Assembly: GCA_963803435.1 (NCBI GenBank)
Contig: CAWDML010000001.1
Coordinates: forward strand, 192,001-256,000
Length of the DNA stretch: 64,000 nucleotides
Source: an uncultured delta proteobacterium
GTDB lineage: Bacteria; Myxococcota; Kuafuiibacteriia; Kuafuiibacteriales; Kuafuiibacteriaceae
Reading direction: 5' to 3'
Part shown: piece by piece, positions 40,326-50,222 of the stretch
How positions within the stretch are numbered: position 1 is the stretch's first letter
Layout of the letters: the number at the start of each line of letters is the position of its first letter
Translations under genes and position numbers: made by a program
The notes under the pieces: generated by a model
What the model was told of the DNA's origin: nothing
Seen by the model: only the letters and a program-made list of their open reading frames with translations
Database searches by the model: none

Positions 40326-41146
40326 GCCTCCGGATCGGCGTCATCGGCCACGTCGAGCACGTCACGATCGGGCGGGTCGCCCGGATCCCGACGGCCGGCG
40401 AGATCGCCCACCTCGAGGCGCCCCAGGTGCTTCCCGGCGGCGGCGGCGGCATCGCCTTCTTTCAGCTGGCGAAGAGCCCCGCGGAGGTCCACCTCTTCAC
40501 TTCCCTCGGCAACGACGATGCAGCCGCGCTGGTCGAGAGGCGCCTCCGCGACACCGGCGCGCACATACACGCGGTCAAGAGAGACCAACCCCACACGCGC
40601 GACGTGGTCATGATCGGGCCCGGCGGCGATCGCACGATCGTGGTGGTCGGCGAGCCGCTCCACCCGCTGGCGTCCGATCCGCTCCCCTATGACCTCCTCG
40701 CCGAGCTCGACGCCGTCTACTTCACCGCCCAGGATCCCGACCTCCTGATCCGCGCCCGCGCCGCGCGCCTGCTGGTGGCGACGGCCCGGCGCCGCCCGTC
40801 GATCATCCTTTCCCGCGTCCCGCTCGACACGATCATCGGCAGCCGATCGGATCCGCGCGAGGTGAGCACACGCGCCGACTACCCGATCCCACCGCGCACC
40901 CTGGTCATGACAGAGGGTGAGCGCGGCGGCAGCATCGAGACCGACGGCGGGCTCGCCCGCTTCGAGACCCCCGGCGTTACCGCGATCGCCGGGGGCGCGT
41001 ACGGGGCGGGCGACAGCTTTGCCGGCGCGTTCACCTACCTCCAGGCGAGCGGCCTCGGCGCTCTCGAGGCGGCGGCCGGCGCCGCGCCCTACGGCGCCGC
41101 CGTGCTCGCCGCCCTCGATCCGCTCTCGGCTCAGCGCGACCTGTAG
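40322..41146 (+). CDS. PfkB/ribokinase-family carbohydrate kinase
   Basis: VIGHVEHV, GGGG, TEGERG, AYGAGDSF. Confidence 0.8.
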   Translation: MSLRIGVIGHVEHVTIGRVARIPTAGEIAHLEAPQVLPGGGGGIAFFQLAKSPAEVHLFTSLGNDDAAALVERRLRDTGAHIHAVKRDQPHTRDVVMIGPGGDRTIVVVGEPLHPLASDPLPYDLLAELDAVYFTAQDPDLLIRARAARLLVATARRRPSIILSRVPLDTIIGSRSDPREVSTRADYPIPPRTLVMTEGERGGSIETDGGLARFETPGVTAIAGGAYGAGDSFAGAFTYLQASGLGALEAAAGAAPYGAAVLAALDPLSAQRDL

Positions 41147-41209
41147 CCGCTGCGATTACATCGGCGGTCGTCCCTTCTGGGTGCGGGTGCGTCCGCCTAT
41201 GATTCTTGG

Positions 41210-43570
41210 GTGCGGGGGCTGATCGCGCTCTGCCTGCTCGCCGCCTGCGGCAAGGAGAACGTGAACGTCGCGCTCCCGATCGGGCCCGACGATCGCGCGC
41301 TCATCCTCGCCGTCGAGGACGGCGCGGACATGAATGTCTACGCCTTCGACGTGGGAAACGGGCGTCAACCCATCTTGCAGACGCTCCTCCCCGCGTACGT
41401 CGGCAGCTACGAGGTCCGCCTGACCGCGATGCTGTACGATCGCGCCCTCGCGCAGCTCGCGCTCGAGGAGGGCGCCGTGCTGCCCGCCGGCGACGCCCCG
41501 GGCCGGCCCATCCCCTCCGCCCCCTCGACGCTCACCACGTCCGTGTTCGGCGCCGAGATCGGCGAGTGGAGCCCGGTGGAACGTCCCGACGCCCACGTCC
41601 TCGAGTTCCGGATCCCGACGCTCCCCGTCGAGGACTGCATCCAGAGCGGCGGTTGCGTCGATCCGGCGAGCGAGGCCTGCCTGGTCCCCTGCCCCGACGC
41701 CACCGAGCCCGCGCCGCCGATGCCGGCGGCGATCCCGACCGCGAGCTGTGCGCCCGGATGGGACGACGTCGAGGTCGCCCCCGAGGTCGCCGCGTGCACC
41801 CCGTGGATCGACGGCCCGCCCGCTTGCACCGGCGAGCAGACCATTTTCCCCGGCGAGGGCGCGTGCCACGCCCTGGGGCCGGGATGTCCGAGCGGTGACT
41901 TCGCGACCGACCTCCCGCCCGGGCCACGGCTCTACGTGCGGGCGGGCGCGACCGGCGGAGATGGCACCGCGGGGGCGCCGCTCGGCTCGATCCAGTCCGC
42001 GATCGATCAGGCCACCGGCGGCGAGGTGATCGTCGTGGGCGCCGGGACATACCGCGAGCGCGTCCAGCTCACCAAGGCGGTGACGCTCTTCGGCGCCTGC
42101 CCCGAGGCGACCACGATCGACGGCCCGAGCCCCACCGCGATCAACGCCGCCGTGCAGGGCGCCGCGGTCCACAACCTGCGCATCACCGGAGACCAGGACG
42201 GCGTCCGTCTCGACGGCGGGGCCTCGCTGGTGCTCAGCGACGCGATCATCGAGGGCACCGGCGGCACCGGCATCGCGATGCTCAACGCGGCCCGCGCCAA
42301 TCTCTCGAACGTCCTGGTCCGGAACACCCATGACGAGTGCCTCTGGATGCAGGGCCGGGCGCAGCTGTTCGGGACGAAGGTCCACCTCAGCAGCGGCGGC
42401 GGCGGCATCCTGACCCTCGATCACGCCGCGCTCACGCTCACCGACGCCGTGGTCAGGGACGGGCTCTCCAACCCGGGCGGCGACTTCGGGCGCGGCGCCA
42501 ACATCCAGAACGATGCCAGCGCCAACATCCGGCGGAGCTGGTTCGGCAACCACCACGACATCGCGATCTTCGTCTCGACGGCGCAGGCGAGCCTCGACCA
42601 GGTCGTGCTCTACGGTACCCGGAGCCGCCCCCAGGACGGAGCGGCCGGGTTCGGTCTGCTCGCCCAGAACGGCGCGCAGGTCACGGTGCGCAACACCTGG
42701 ATCGACCAGAACCAGCAGGCGAACGTCTACCTCTTCGGCGGCGACACCAACGTGACGATCGAGGACAGCATCCTCTCCCACGCTCATCTCGACGACCACC
42801 AAGGGGGCGGCTTCAACGCGCAGATCATCGCGGGGACCACGGCAACGCTGCGCCGCGTGGTCGCGGTCGACCCGGCGTTCACCAACATCACGATCGGTGA
42901 CGGGAACGTCACCCTCGAGGACGTCACGGTGCTCGGCAGCGGCGTCAACTCGGGTCGCGAGGCCGGCGACGGCCTCCACGTCGACGGCGACGTCCACCTG
43001 ATGGCGACCCGGCTTCGGGTCGAGGACGCCGTCGGGCAGGCCCTCGACCTCAACGGGGTCAACACCCACGCCGACCTCTCCGACGTCGACATCCTTCGAG
43101 CCGGCAGCGCCGACTGCTTCTTCTGCTCCGGCCTCTGCCTCGACAACACCGCCCACGCGGAGAGGGCCCTCCGGGTGCGGGTCGACAGCGTCCACGGCTG
43201 CGGCATGGTCGGAAACGACCAGGACACGCTCTTGAGGGCCCAGGATGTGACGATCGTCGGGACCGAGTACTCCGCCGCCTGCGTCCTCAACCACCCGGCC
43301 CGGGACATCGGCCGCGGCGTCGGGCTCTACGTCACCGACGGGGCCAAGGTCACGGTCGATCGCTTCCTCATCACCGGAAATCTCGAGACCGGCGTGGTCG
43401 TCGCCCAGTATCTGCCGCTCGCGATGGACACCTCGCTCGACCTCTCGTTCGGCGCGATCACCGACAACCAGATCGGCGCCAGCATGCTGATCGAGGGCTA
43501 CGACGCCCGGCGCCTGGCCAACCGCGTCGTGTACTCGAACAACCAGACCAACCTCAACTACGATCAGTGA
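41210..43570 (+). CDS. Lipoprotein with Cys-rich linker and right-handed beta-helix (pectin-lyase-like) domain
   Basis: Lipobox LAAC; GDGTAGAPLGSIQSAI...GTYRE; many G/N-rich beta-helix repeats. Confidence 0.75.
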   Translation: MRGLIALCLLAACGKENVNVALPIGPDDRALILAVEDGADMNVYAFDVGNGRQPILQTLLPAYVGSYEVRLTAMLYDRALAQLALEEGAVLPAGDAPGRPIPSAPSTLTTSVFGAEIGEWSPVERPDAHVLEFRIPTLPVEDCIQSGGCVDPASEACLVPCPDATEPAPPMPAAIPTASCAPGWDDVEVAPEVAACTPWIDGPPACTGEQTIFPGEGACHALGPGCPSGDFATDLPPGPRLYVRAGATGGDGTAGAPLGSIQSAIDQATGGEVIVVGAGTYRERVQLTKAVTLFGACPEATTIDGPSPTAINAAVQGAAVHNLRITGDQDGVRLDGGASLVLSDAIIEGTGGTGIAMLNAARANLSNVLVRNTHDECLWMQGRAQLFGTKVHLSSGGGGILTLDHAALTLTDAVVRDGLSNPGGDFGRGANIQNDASANIRRSWFGNHHDIAIFVSTAQASLDQVVLYGTRSRPQDGAAGFGLLAQNGAQVTVRNTWIDQNQQANVYLFGGDTNVTIEDSILSHAHLDDHQGGGFNAQIIAGTTATLRRVVAVDPAFTNITIGDGNVTLEDVTVLGSGVNSGREAGDGLHVDGDVHLMATRLRVEDAVGQALDLNGVNTHADLSDVDILRAGSADCFFCSGLCLDNTAHAERALRVRVDSVHGCGMVGNDQDTLLRAQDVTIVGTEYSAACVLNHPARDIGRGVGLYVTDGAKVTVDRFLITGNLETGVVVAQYLPLAMDTSLDLSFGAITDNQIGASMLIEGYDARRLANRVVYSNNQTNLNYDQ

Positions 43571-43586
43571 GCTATCATCACGCCGC

Positions 43587-46236
43587 TTGGCGGAGCGCGA
43601 TCTCTCACTCGGACTGTTTCGCCTCCAGCAGCCCCTGGGCCGCGGGGCCAACGGAGAAGTCTGGCGTGCCGTCCACGCGCCGAGCGGGGTACCGGTCGCC
43701 GTCAAGATCATGACCTCGCGGCACGCGCGCCGCCCCGAGGTCGCCCGCCTCCTCGAAAACGAGGTCCGCGCCGCCGCCGCCCTCGATCATCCGAACATCG
43801 TCATGCTGCTGGAGCAGGGCCGCGTCGAGCCGCCAGGCACGCCCGAGATCCCGGCCGACAGCCCATACCTGGTGATGGAGCTGGCCTCGGGCGGCACGCT
43901 GGATCGCATCCGCAAGCTGATCCGCTACGAGGAGCTGCGCGCGATCCTGCTGGCGCTGCTCGACGCGCTCGCGCACGCCCACGCGCGCGGCGTGATCCAT
44001 CGCGACCTCACACCCCGGAACATCTTGATCGCGAAGAAGGAGGACGTGCGACCCGGCTTCAAGATCGCCGACTTCGGGATCGCGCTCCCGCTCGAGCGCC
44101 CGCTCGACGCGCCGGCGGCTCCGGGCCGGGAGGACTCGGTGCTGGGAACGCTCGGCTACATGGCGCCGGAGCAGCTCGGCTCCCGCTGGCGCGACTACGG
44201 TCCGTGGACCGACCTCTTCTCCCTCGGTCTGATCGCGCAGCGGCTGGCCACGGGCCGCGCGCCCTATCCGGAGGGCAGACCGAACGAGGTCTTCGAGGCC
44301 CGCCTGATGGGCCGGCGCGCCGCGCTCGATCCGCTCTTCCCGCTCCCGCTCGGGTTCCCGGGGTGGCTCGACCGCATGCTCGCGGACGATCCGGTCCGGC
44401 GCTTCCAGCGCGCGGCCGACGCCGCCTACGGCCTGGCTGAGCTCGGCACGCCGGACACGTTCGAAGACCTCGACGGCGACGGCGCGACCACGATCCGCAC
44501 CGCGATCGACGCCACCCGCCGCCGGACCTTGTCGGCGATCGACGAGGCACCGACCGATCCCCATCCGAGCGCCAATCGGCCACCGCCCACCCCCCCGTCC
44601 TGGCGACACCCTCGGCCCGCACCCCCTCCGATCCGCCTGGCCGGCGCCGGACGCGGGCTCCTCCGCCTGCGGGCCCACCCGTTCGTCGACCGCGACCAGG
44701 AGCGCGATCGGATCTGGGACGAGCTGAGGCGCACCACGGAGGACGGCCGGGCCCGGCTGGTGCTCATCTCCGGCGAGGCGGGCGTCGGCCGCAGCCGCCT
44801 CGCCGAGTGGATGTCGCAGCGTGCCCACGAGCTCGGTGTCTCCACGGTCCTGCGCGCCACCTTCCGAGACGTTCCGGGGCAGAGCGACGGCCTCGGCCCG
44901 ATGCTCGAGCGCCACTTCCGCACCGAGGGCCTCGACCCGGCCGGGGCGCTCGCGCACCTCCGCCATCGCCTGTCATGGTACGGGATCGCCGACGACCTGC
45001 TGGCCCGCGGGCTGTTCCGCTTGATGCGCCCGCCGATCGACGTCGACGAGGAGCCCCTGGGCGCCTCACCGATCGCCGATCGATACGAGCTGCTCGGCAA
45101 GTTCGCGGCGCGCATCGGGACAATCCGACCGCTCCTGATTCTGGTTCGACGACGTCCAGTTCGGGGCCGACGGCCTGTCGTTCATCGAGCACGTGCTGTC
45201 GTCGCGCCCCGCCACGCCCGTGCTGTTCCTCGCCACCGTCTCCGCCGAAGCCAGGGAGGGGCGCCTCATCGAGGCTGCGATGCTCGAGAGCTTGTTGGAG
45301 CGGCTGCCGGCGACGCGTATCGATCTCGACCCGCTCGACGACGCCTCCTACCGCGAGCTCATCGAGCAGCTCCTTCCGTTCACGCCCGCGACCGCCGAGG
45401 ATCTCGCTCGCCGCACCTCGGGGAATCCGCTCTTGGCGATGGAGCTGGTCAACGAATGGGTCGAGTCCGGCGTACTCACCTCGAGCCCTGACGGCTTCCG
45501 GATCCGGCCCGGCTCCTCGCCGTCGGTGCCCGCGGGCGTACAGCAGGTCTGGCTCGAGCAGCTCGATCGTCTCCTGTCCGATCACCCGGCCTGGTGGCCG
45601 GCGCTCGAGATCGCGGCGGTCCTCGGCATGGAGGTCGACGCCGCCGAGTGGGCGCTGGCGTGCGAGGCGGCGGGGCTCGACGTAGATGCGGAGGCCCGGG
45701 ACGCGCTCCTTCGCGGGCTCTATCGAAAGAACCTGGCGCGGGCCAGCGGGCGCGGCTTCGCGTTCGCGCAGGCCCATCTTCGACGCCTCCTGGTCGAGCG
45801 CGCGGGCGAGACGAAGCAGCTCCGCCACCTGCACTCCGCCGCCGCCGCGGCCGCCGAGCAGAGCGGCGGTGGACTTCCGGCGACCGCCGAGCGACACGCT
45901 TTCCACCTCGAGCAGGCCGGCCGCGGGCGCGAGGCGATCGGGCCGCTGCTCAGCGCCGCGCGATCGCTCCTCGACGCGAGCGATCTGATCGGCGCCCGCA
46001 CCGTGCTCGATCGACGCGACTCGATCATGGAGGCGGAGCGGGTCCCTCCGAGCGCCCACGAGTGGGGATCGGGATGGTTGCTGCGGGCGGAGATCCTGTT
46101 TCGGATGGGCCGCTACCAGGAGGCGGACACCTGCGTCGCCCGCACGCTCGAGCAGGCCCTGCGGCTGGGATGGCCCGGCATCGCCGCTGCGGCCGCCAAG
46201 CTCCAGGCGAAGATCGACGCTGCGTCGGGAGGGTGA
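43587..46236 (+). CDS. Ser/Thr protein kinase + AAA/STAND-like ATPase + TPR-like tail; frameshift at ~45139
   Basis: LGRGANG, VAVK, HRDLTPRN, DFG, YMAPEQ; GEAGVGRS; the frames join as LLIWFDDVQ; SGNPL. Confidence 0.82.
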
Positions 46237-48060
46237 TCACTCCGAGGCATGGAGACCCCGCGCGAGGGCCCGCGCCCTCGCCGCCTCCACCTTCGCCGTG
46301 TACTCGGGCGACGCGAAGTACGCGATCGCCCGCGGGTCGAGCGGGAGCACGTGCATCGCAGGCTCCCACGCGCAGATCGATCCGTCCGCGTAGCGCAGCC
46401 GTCCGTCCTCGACCAAGAACGACGCATCGGCCACCGCGCGATCGCTCAGCACCTCGACCATCGCGCGGAAGCGCCCCTCCGTCTCGGTGTCCACGAATCG
46501 AAACTCCCGAGTCGCGCCGAAGGCGTTGTGGTAGTGCGCCGGGTTGTCGGTGAGGCCGCCCAGCCCGAGCCGCTTCGCCGCCTGGAACAGGAGCTCCTGC
46601 ATCTCGCGGGCGATGCCGAGACCCGGGTGGCTCTGACCCGGCAGGGGCGGCCTCGCCAGCGTGAACTCGCGGCTCGGATCCTCGAGCAGCAACCACTCGA
46701 TGTGCAGCGTCTCGATGCGGGCGGGCCCGCTCGGGAGCGGAAGCTCGATGCCGCTCCGCCGCAGTACCAGCTCGACCAGCAGCGACATCGGCGCCTCCGC
46801 ACGCTTGCGGCCGCGGACGCGCAGCAGCTGGTGTCCGGGGTCGCGCGGATCGTGATCGAGGGCCAGCTCGACCCAGCCGCGCTTCCGGATCTGGGGCAGG
46901 ATCCCGTAGCGCTCGAGCGCGTACTCCACGCCCTCGGCCGAGTAGAAGCCGAGGATGCGGCGCGACACCGGCCGACGCTCCAGCATCGCGTGGAGCTCGT
47001 CGAGCGTCAGATCGACGCTCTCGCCGCCCACCAGATCGACCGTATCGATCCCTTGCGCGATCCGTGAGAACTCCGTCCGCACGTCGCGCTGGATCGGATG
47101 CGAGATTCGACGATCGCCGCTCAGCGCGTAGCGGACCAGATGGAGCGTCGCTCGCCAGGCGTCGTCGCTGTAGCCGCCCCCGAGCGTCACCACGATCGGC
47201 GACCCGAGGCTGCGCGCCAGCTCGAGAACGAAGATGTCCCGCCCGAGCACGCCCGCGGGCGTCAGCGCGAAGGTGCCCAGGCGGTCGCCCTTCAGGACGT
47301 CGTTCCCTGCGATGAAGAAGATCAGCCCGGGCTTCAAGGACTCCAGCGCGGGCGGCAGCAGGGTGCGAACACAGCCGAGGTACTTGGCGTCGCCGACCTC
47401 GCCGCTCAGGCAGACCTCCCGGCCCGCGCTCTGCTCGACGCGGGTCCAGATCGAGCCGTGGATCGAGAAGACGAACACCGACGGATCGCCCTCGTACGCC
47501 ACCGTGTTGCCGTTGCCCTGGTGGTAGTCGAGGTCGACGATCGCGATCGGTTTGTCGAAGCCTTGGGCCCGCAGCTTGGCGATCGCCACGCCGACGTCGT
47601 TGAATACGCAGAAGCCCGCGCCCATCTCCGGCTCGGCGTGGTGGAAGCCGCCGCCCAGGTTGATCGCACACATCGAACCCGAGCGCACGGCGGCGAGGGC
47701 CGCCTCGAGCGTGCCCCCGACCGCGCGCCGCTGCGAGCGCAGGAGCTGATCGACGTCGATCTCCTCGACAGGGAGCCCGAAGATCCGCGCCAGCCGGTCA
47801 CGATCCGTGACCGACTCGAGGTACGAGAGCGGATGAAACCGGAGCAGGTCGCCGACCGAAGCGATCGGCGCGCGACGGACGTCGGTCGCCCGGATCAATC
47901 CCTCCTCGACCAGCTCGACCAGGACGCGCTCGCTCCGCCGAGGATCGAGCCCTTCGACCCGAACAGACTCCGCCATCAACGCCGGCGCGTACTCCGCGTG
48001 GTACCAGACACGGACGCGCCCTCGGAGCCGCCGGCGCGCGCGAAGCCGATGGAGCATCAC
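46237..48060 (-). CDS. Histone deacetylase-family hydrolase with C-terminal extension
   Basis: GGGFHHA, GFCVFND, DLDYHQGNG, GND..GD, LGGGY. Confidence 0.88.
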   Translation of the reverse strand: MMLHRLRARRRLRGRVRVWYHAEYAPALMAESVRVEGLDPRRSERVLVELVEEGLIRATDVRRAPIASVGDLLRFHPLSYLESVTDRDRLARIFGLPVEEIDVDQLLRSQRRAVGGTLEAALAAVRSGSMCAINLGGGFHHAEPEMGAGFCVFNDVGVAIAKLRAQGFDKPIAIVDLDYHQGNGNTVAYEGDPSVFVFSIHGSIWTRVEQSAGREVCLSGEVGDAKYLGCVRTLLPPALESLKPGLIFFIAGNDVLKGDRLGTFALTPAGVLGRDIFVLELARSLGSPIVVTLGGGYSDDAWRATLHLVRYALSGDRRISHPIQRDVRTEFSRIAQGIDTVDLVGGESVDLTLDELHAMLERRPVSRRILGFYSAEGVEYALERYGILPQIRKRGWVELALDHDPRDPGHQLLRVRGRKRAEAPMSLLVELVLRRSGIELPLPSGPARIETLHIEWLLLEDPSREFTLARPPLPGQSHPGLGIAREMQELLFQAAKRLGLGGLTDNPAHYHNAFGATREFRFVDTETEGRFRAMVEVLSDRAVADASFLVEDGRLRYADGSICAWEPAMHVLPLDPRAIAYFASPEYTAKVEAARARALARGLHASE

Positions 48061-49178
48061 CTCAGCTTCGCACGGACATCACCGTCGTAGAGCTTCTCCA
48101 GCTCCTCCACGGCCTGCTTGGCTTCGTCGAGAGGTTTCGGGACCTGCACCGACAAGACCGCGTACAGGTGTCCGACCGCCCGCTTCTTTCCCCCTGGCAC
48201 GCCCTTCCCCTTCAAGCGGAGCTTCTGGCCCGACTGCGATCCGGCCGGCACCTTCAGCTTCACCGGACCCTCGAGCGTGGGGATCTCAATCTCGGCCCCG
48301 AACATGGCCTCGGCGACGGTCACCGGGACCTCGATCGCGAGGTCCTGCCCGTCGCGCGTGAAGAGCTTGTGAGGCGCCACCGAGACGCTGAGCAGGAGGT
48401 CGCCGGCCGGCCCGCCGTGGTGTCCCGGCGCGCCCTGTCCAGCCAACCGGATCTTCTGCCCGTCCTTCACGCCCGCGGGGATGTGGACCTTGAGACGCGT
48501 CGGCTCCTGCGTGAGACCGCTGCCGCCGCAGATCGCGCAGGGCGGACCGGCCTGCTTCCCGGTGCCGCCGCACACCGAGCAGGGGGCTGCGAACTGCAAC
48601 CCACCTTGCGTCATGTTGAGCCGGCCGGTGCCCCCGCATCCGAGGCACTGCTTCGGCGACGTGGCGCTGCCCCGCCCCTGACAGGTGCGGCACGCCCTCG
48701 GCTTGGTCAGAGCGACGTCCTCTTCACCGCCCAGCACTGCGCGCTCGAAGCTCACCCGCATGCTGGCGACGACGTCGGGGCCGGGCCGCGGACTGCCCGC
48801 CCGCTCGCGCCGCGGCGATCCGAAGTTGAACAGGTCGCCGAGATCGAAGTCGAAGCCCAGGTCGCCGAACCCCGCGCCGGCCGGCCCGGACTTCCCGTTG
48901 GATGCGTTCGACCACTGGCGGTACGCGCCGGCCTTCTGCGGATCGAACCCGATCTGCTCCCCGTCCGCGCCGAGCTCGTCGTAGACCTTGCGCTTCTCCT
49001 GATCGGAGAGGACCTCGAAGGCGCGGTTGACCTCCTTGAACTTCTCCTCTGCAGATTTGTCGCCCGGGTTGACGTCGGGGTGGTGCTTCCGAGCCAGGCG
49101 TTTGTACGCTTTCTTGATCTCGGCCTGGCTGGCGGTCGGTTTGACGCCCAGCATCTCGTAGAAGTTCGGGGAGCTCAT
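48057..49178 (-). CDS. dnaJ: DnaJ-class chaperone
   Basis: J-domain HPD, G/F linker, four CxxCxGxG repeats, C-terminal domain. Confidence 0.92.
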   Translation of the reverse strand: MSSPNFYEMLGVKPTASQAEIKKAYKRLARKHHPDVNPGDKSAEEKFKEVNRAFEVLSDQEKRKVYDELGADGEQIGFDPQKAGAYRQWSNASNGKSGPAGAGFGDLGFDFDLGDLFNFGSPRRERAGSPRPGPDVVASMRVSFERAVLGGEEDVALTKPRACRTCQGRGSATSPKQCLGCGGTGRLNMTQGGLQFAAPCSVCGGTGKQAGPPCAICGGSGLTQEPTRLKVHIPAGVKDGQKIRLAGQGAPGHHGGPAGDLLLSVSVAPHKLFTRDGQDLAIEVPVTVAEAMFGAEIEIPTLEGPVKLKVPAGSQSGQKLRLKGKGVPGGKKRAVGHLYAVLSVQVPKPLDEAKQAVEELEKLYDGDVRAKLR

Positions 49179-49226
49179 AACGGTCAGGGAAGGCCTCCGC
49201 GCGAGAGTAAGCACGCGCCTTTGACG

Positions 49227-50129
49227 TCAAAGACCGATCCGGGCGCGCTGATCCTCGTCCTTGTTGCCGTGGAGCTGCCAGTACTTCAATCGCTCAGACC
49301 CGCGCAACTTGGCGACCTCACCGTCGGGCCCCGTCCAGGCGATGATCCGGTGGGGAAACGCCTTTTCGACCGAGTACGTCCAGCGCTCCCCACCGTCGAG
49401 CGCCATCGAGTAGACCTCGACCTCGAAGTTGCCCGCCGGCACGGTCACCCGCTCGCTCCCGTTTGGCCGCGTCAACGTGCCCTCGGAGAAGGCCAGGGGC
49501 CGATGGAGCAGCCGGGCCCGCTCGAGCGAGCCGAGCACCGCGAGCGTCTTCGACTCTCCCTCCCGGAGGAACGGCTGCGGAAAGCTCCGCACCAGGATGA
49601 GGAGCTCGTCGATCGCGATCGCGTCCTTCGGGTAGCTGATCTTCTCCTCGCCGTCGCCTTCGCCGTCGAAGTACGAGAAGCGCTTGCGGTCGATGCGGTC
49701 GCCGTAAAAGAGGAGCTCGTCGAACACGTTGCCGCACCACTCCTGACCCGAGAACGTCATCTTCGCGGGGGCGCCCGCCCGCCGGTGGTCCTTCGGATCG
49801 AGCGCGACGAAGACGCTGGTCATCAGGTTGTAGTCGTAGATCCCGGTCTGGAAGTCCTTCACGAGGTTGAGCTTGAACGCAGGGAAGACGTCGGACGCGT
49901 CGTGCCCCGGATCCGCCTTCACGCGCGTCCGGTCGGAGAACGGCTCGGTCACGAAGATCAGGACGGCGGTCCCGTCGTGGAGCTCACCGTATCGGGGTTG
50001 GGTCAGCGCATAGCTCGAGAGCTCCGCCTTGCCGTCCTGCCAGAACGCGAGCCCGCGATCCTGTGCGTCGGCGGTGTGGAAGAGGCCTGTTGCCAGCGCG
50101 GTAGCGGCCAGAGCGATACCTGTCCTCAT
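49227..50129 (-). CDS. Exported conserved hypothetical protein
   Basis: Signal peptide; FWQDGKAEL, RYGE, FQTGIYDY, QEWCG. Confidence 0.65.
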   Translation of the reverse strand: MRTGIALAATALATGLFHTADAQDRGLAFWQDGKAELSSYALTQPRYGELHDGTAVLIFVTEPFSDRTRVKADPGHDASDVFPAFKLNLVKDFQTGIYDYNLMTSVFVALDPKDHRRAGAPAKMTFSGQEWCGNVFDELLFYGDRIDRKRFSYFDGEGDGEEKISYPKDAIAIDELLILVRSFPQPFLREGESKTLAVLGSLERARLLHRPLAFSEGTLTRPNGSERVTVPAGNFEVEVYSMALDGGERWTYSVEKAFPHRIIAWTGPDGEVAKLRGSERLKYWQLHGNKDEDQRARIGL

Positions 50130-50222
50130 CGGGTCGAGGATGGTAGGCGAGCAGCGCGAGATTTCCAAAGGGGACGAGGGCCCGCCTCCGAAGGGATGGG
50201 AGGCGGTACCCTCGCGGGGTGA

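Noticed and set aside
24914-46236. Widespread pseudogenisation
   Set aside because: The broken genes keep their catalytic motifs and have no in-frame stops; the indels sit at one motif or in homopolymers, which favours sequencing error
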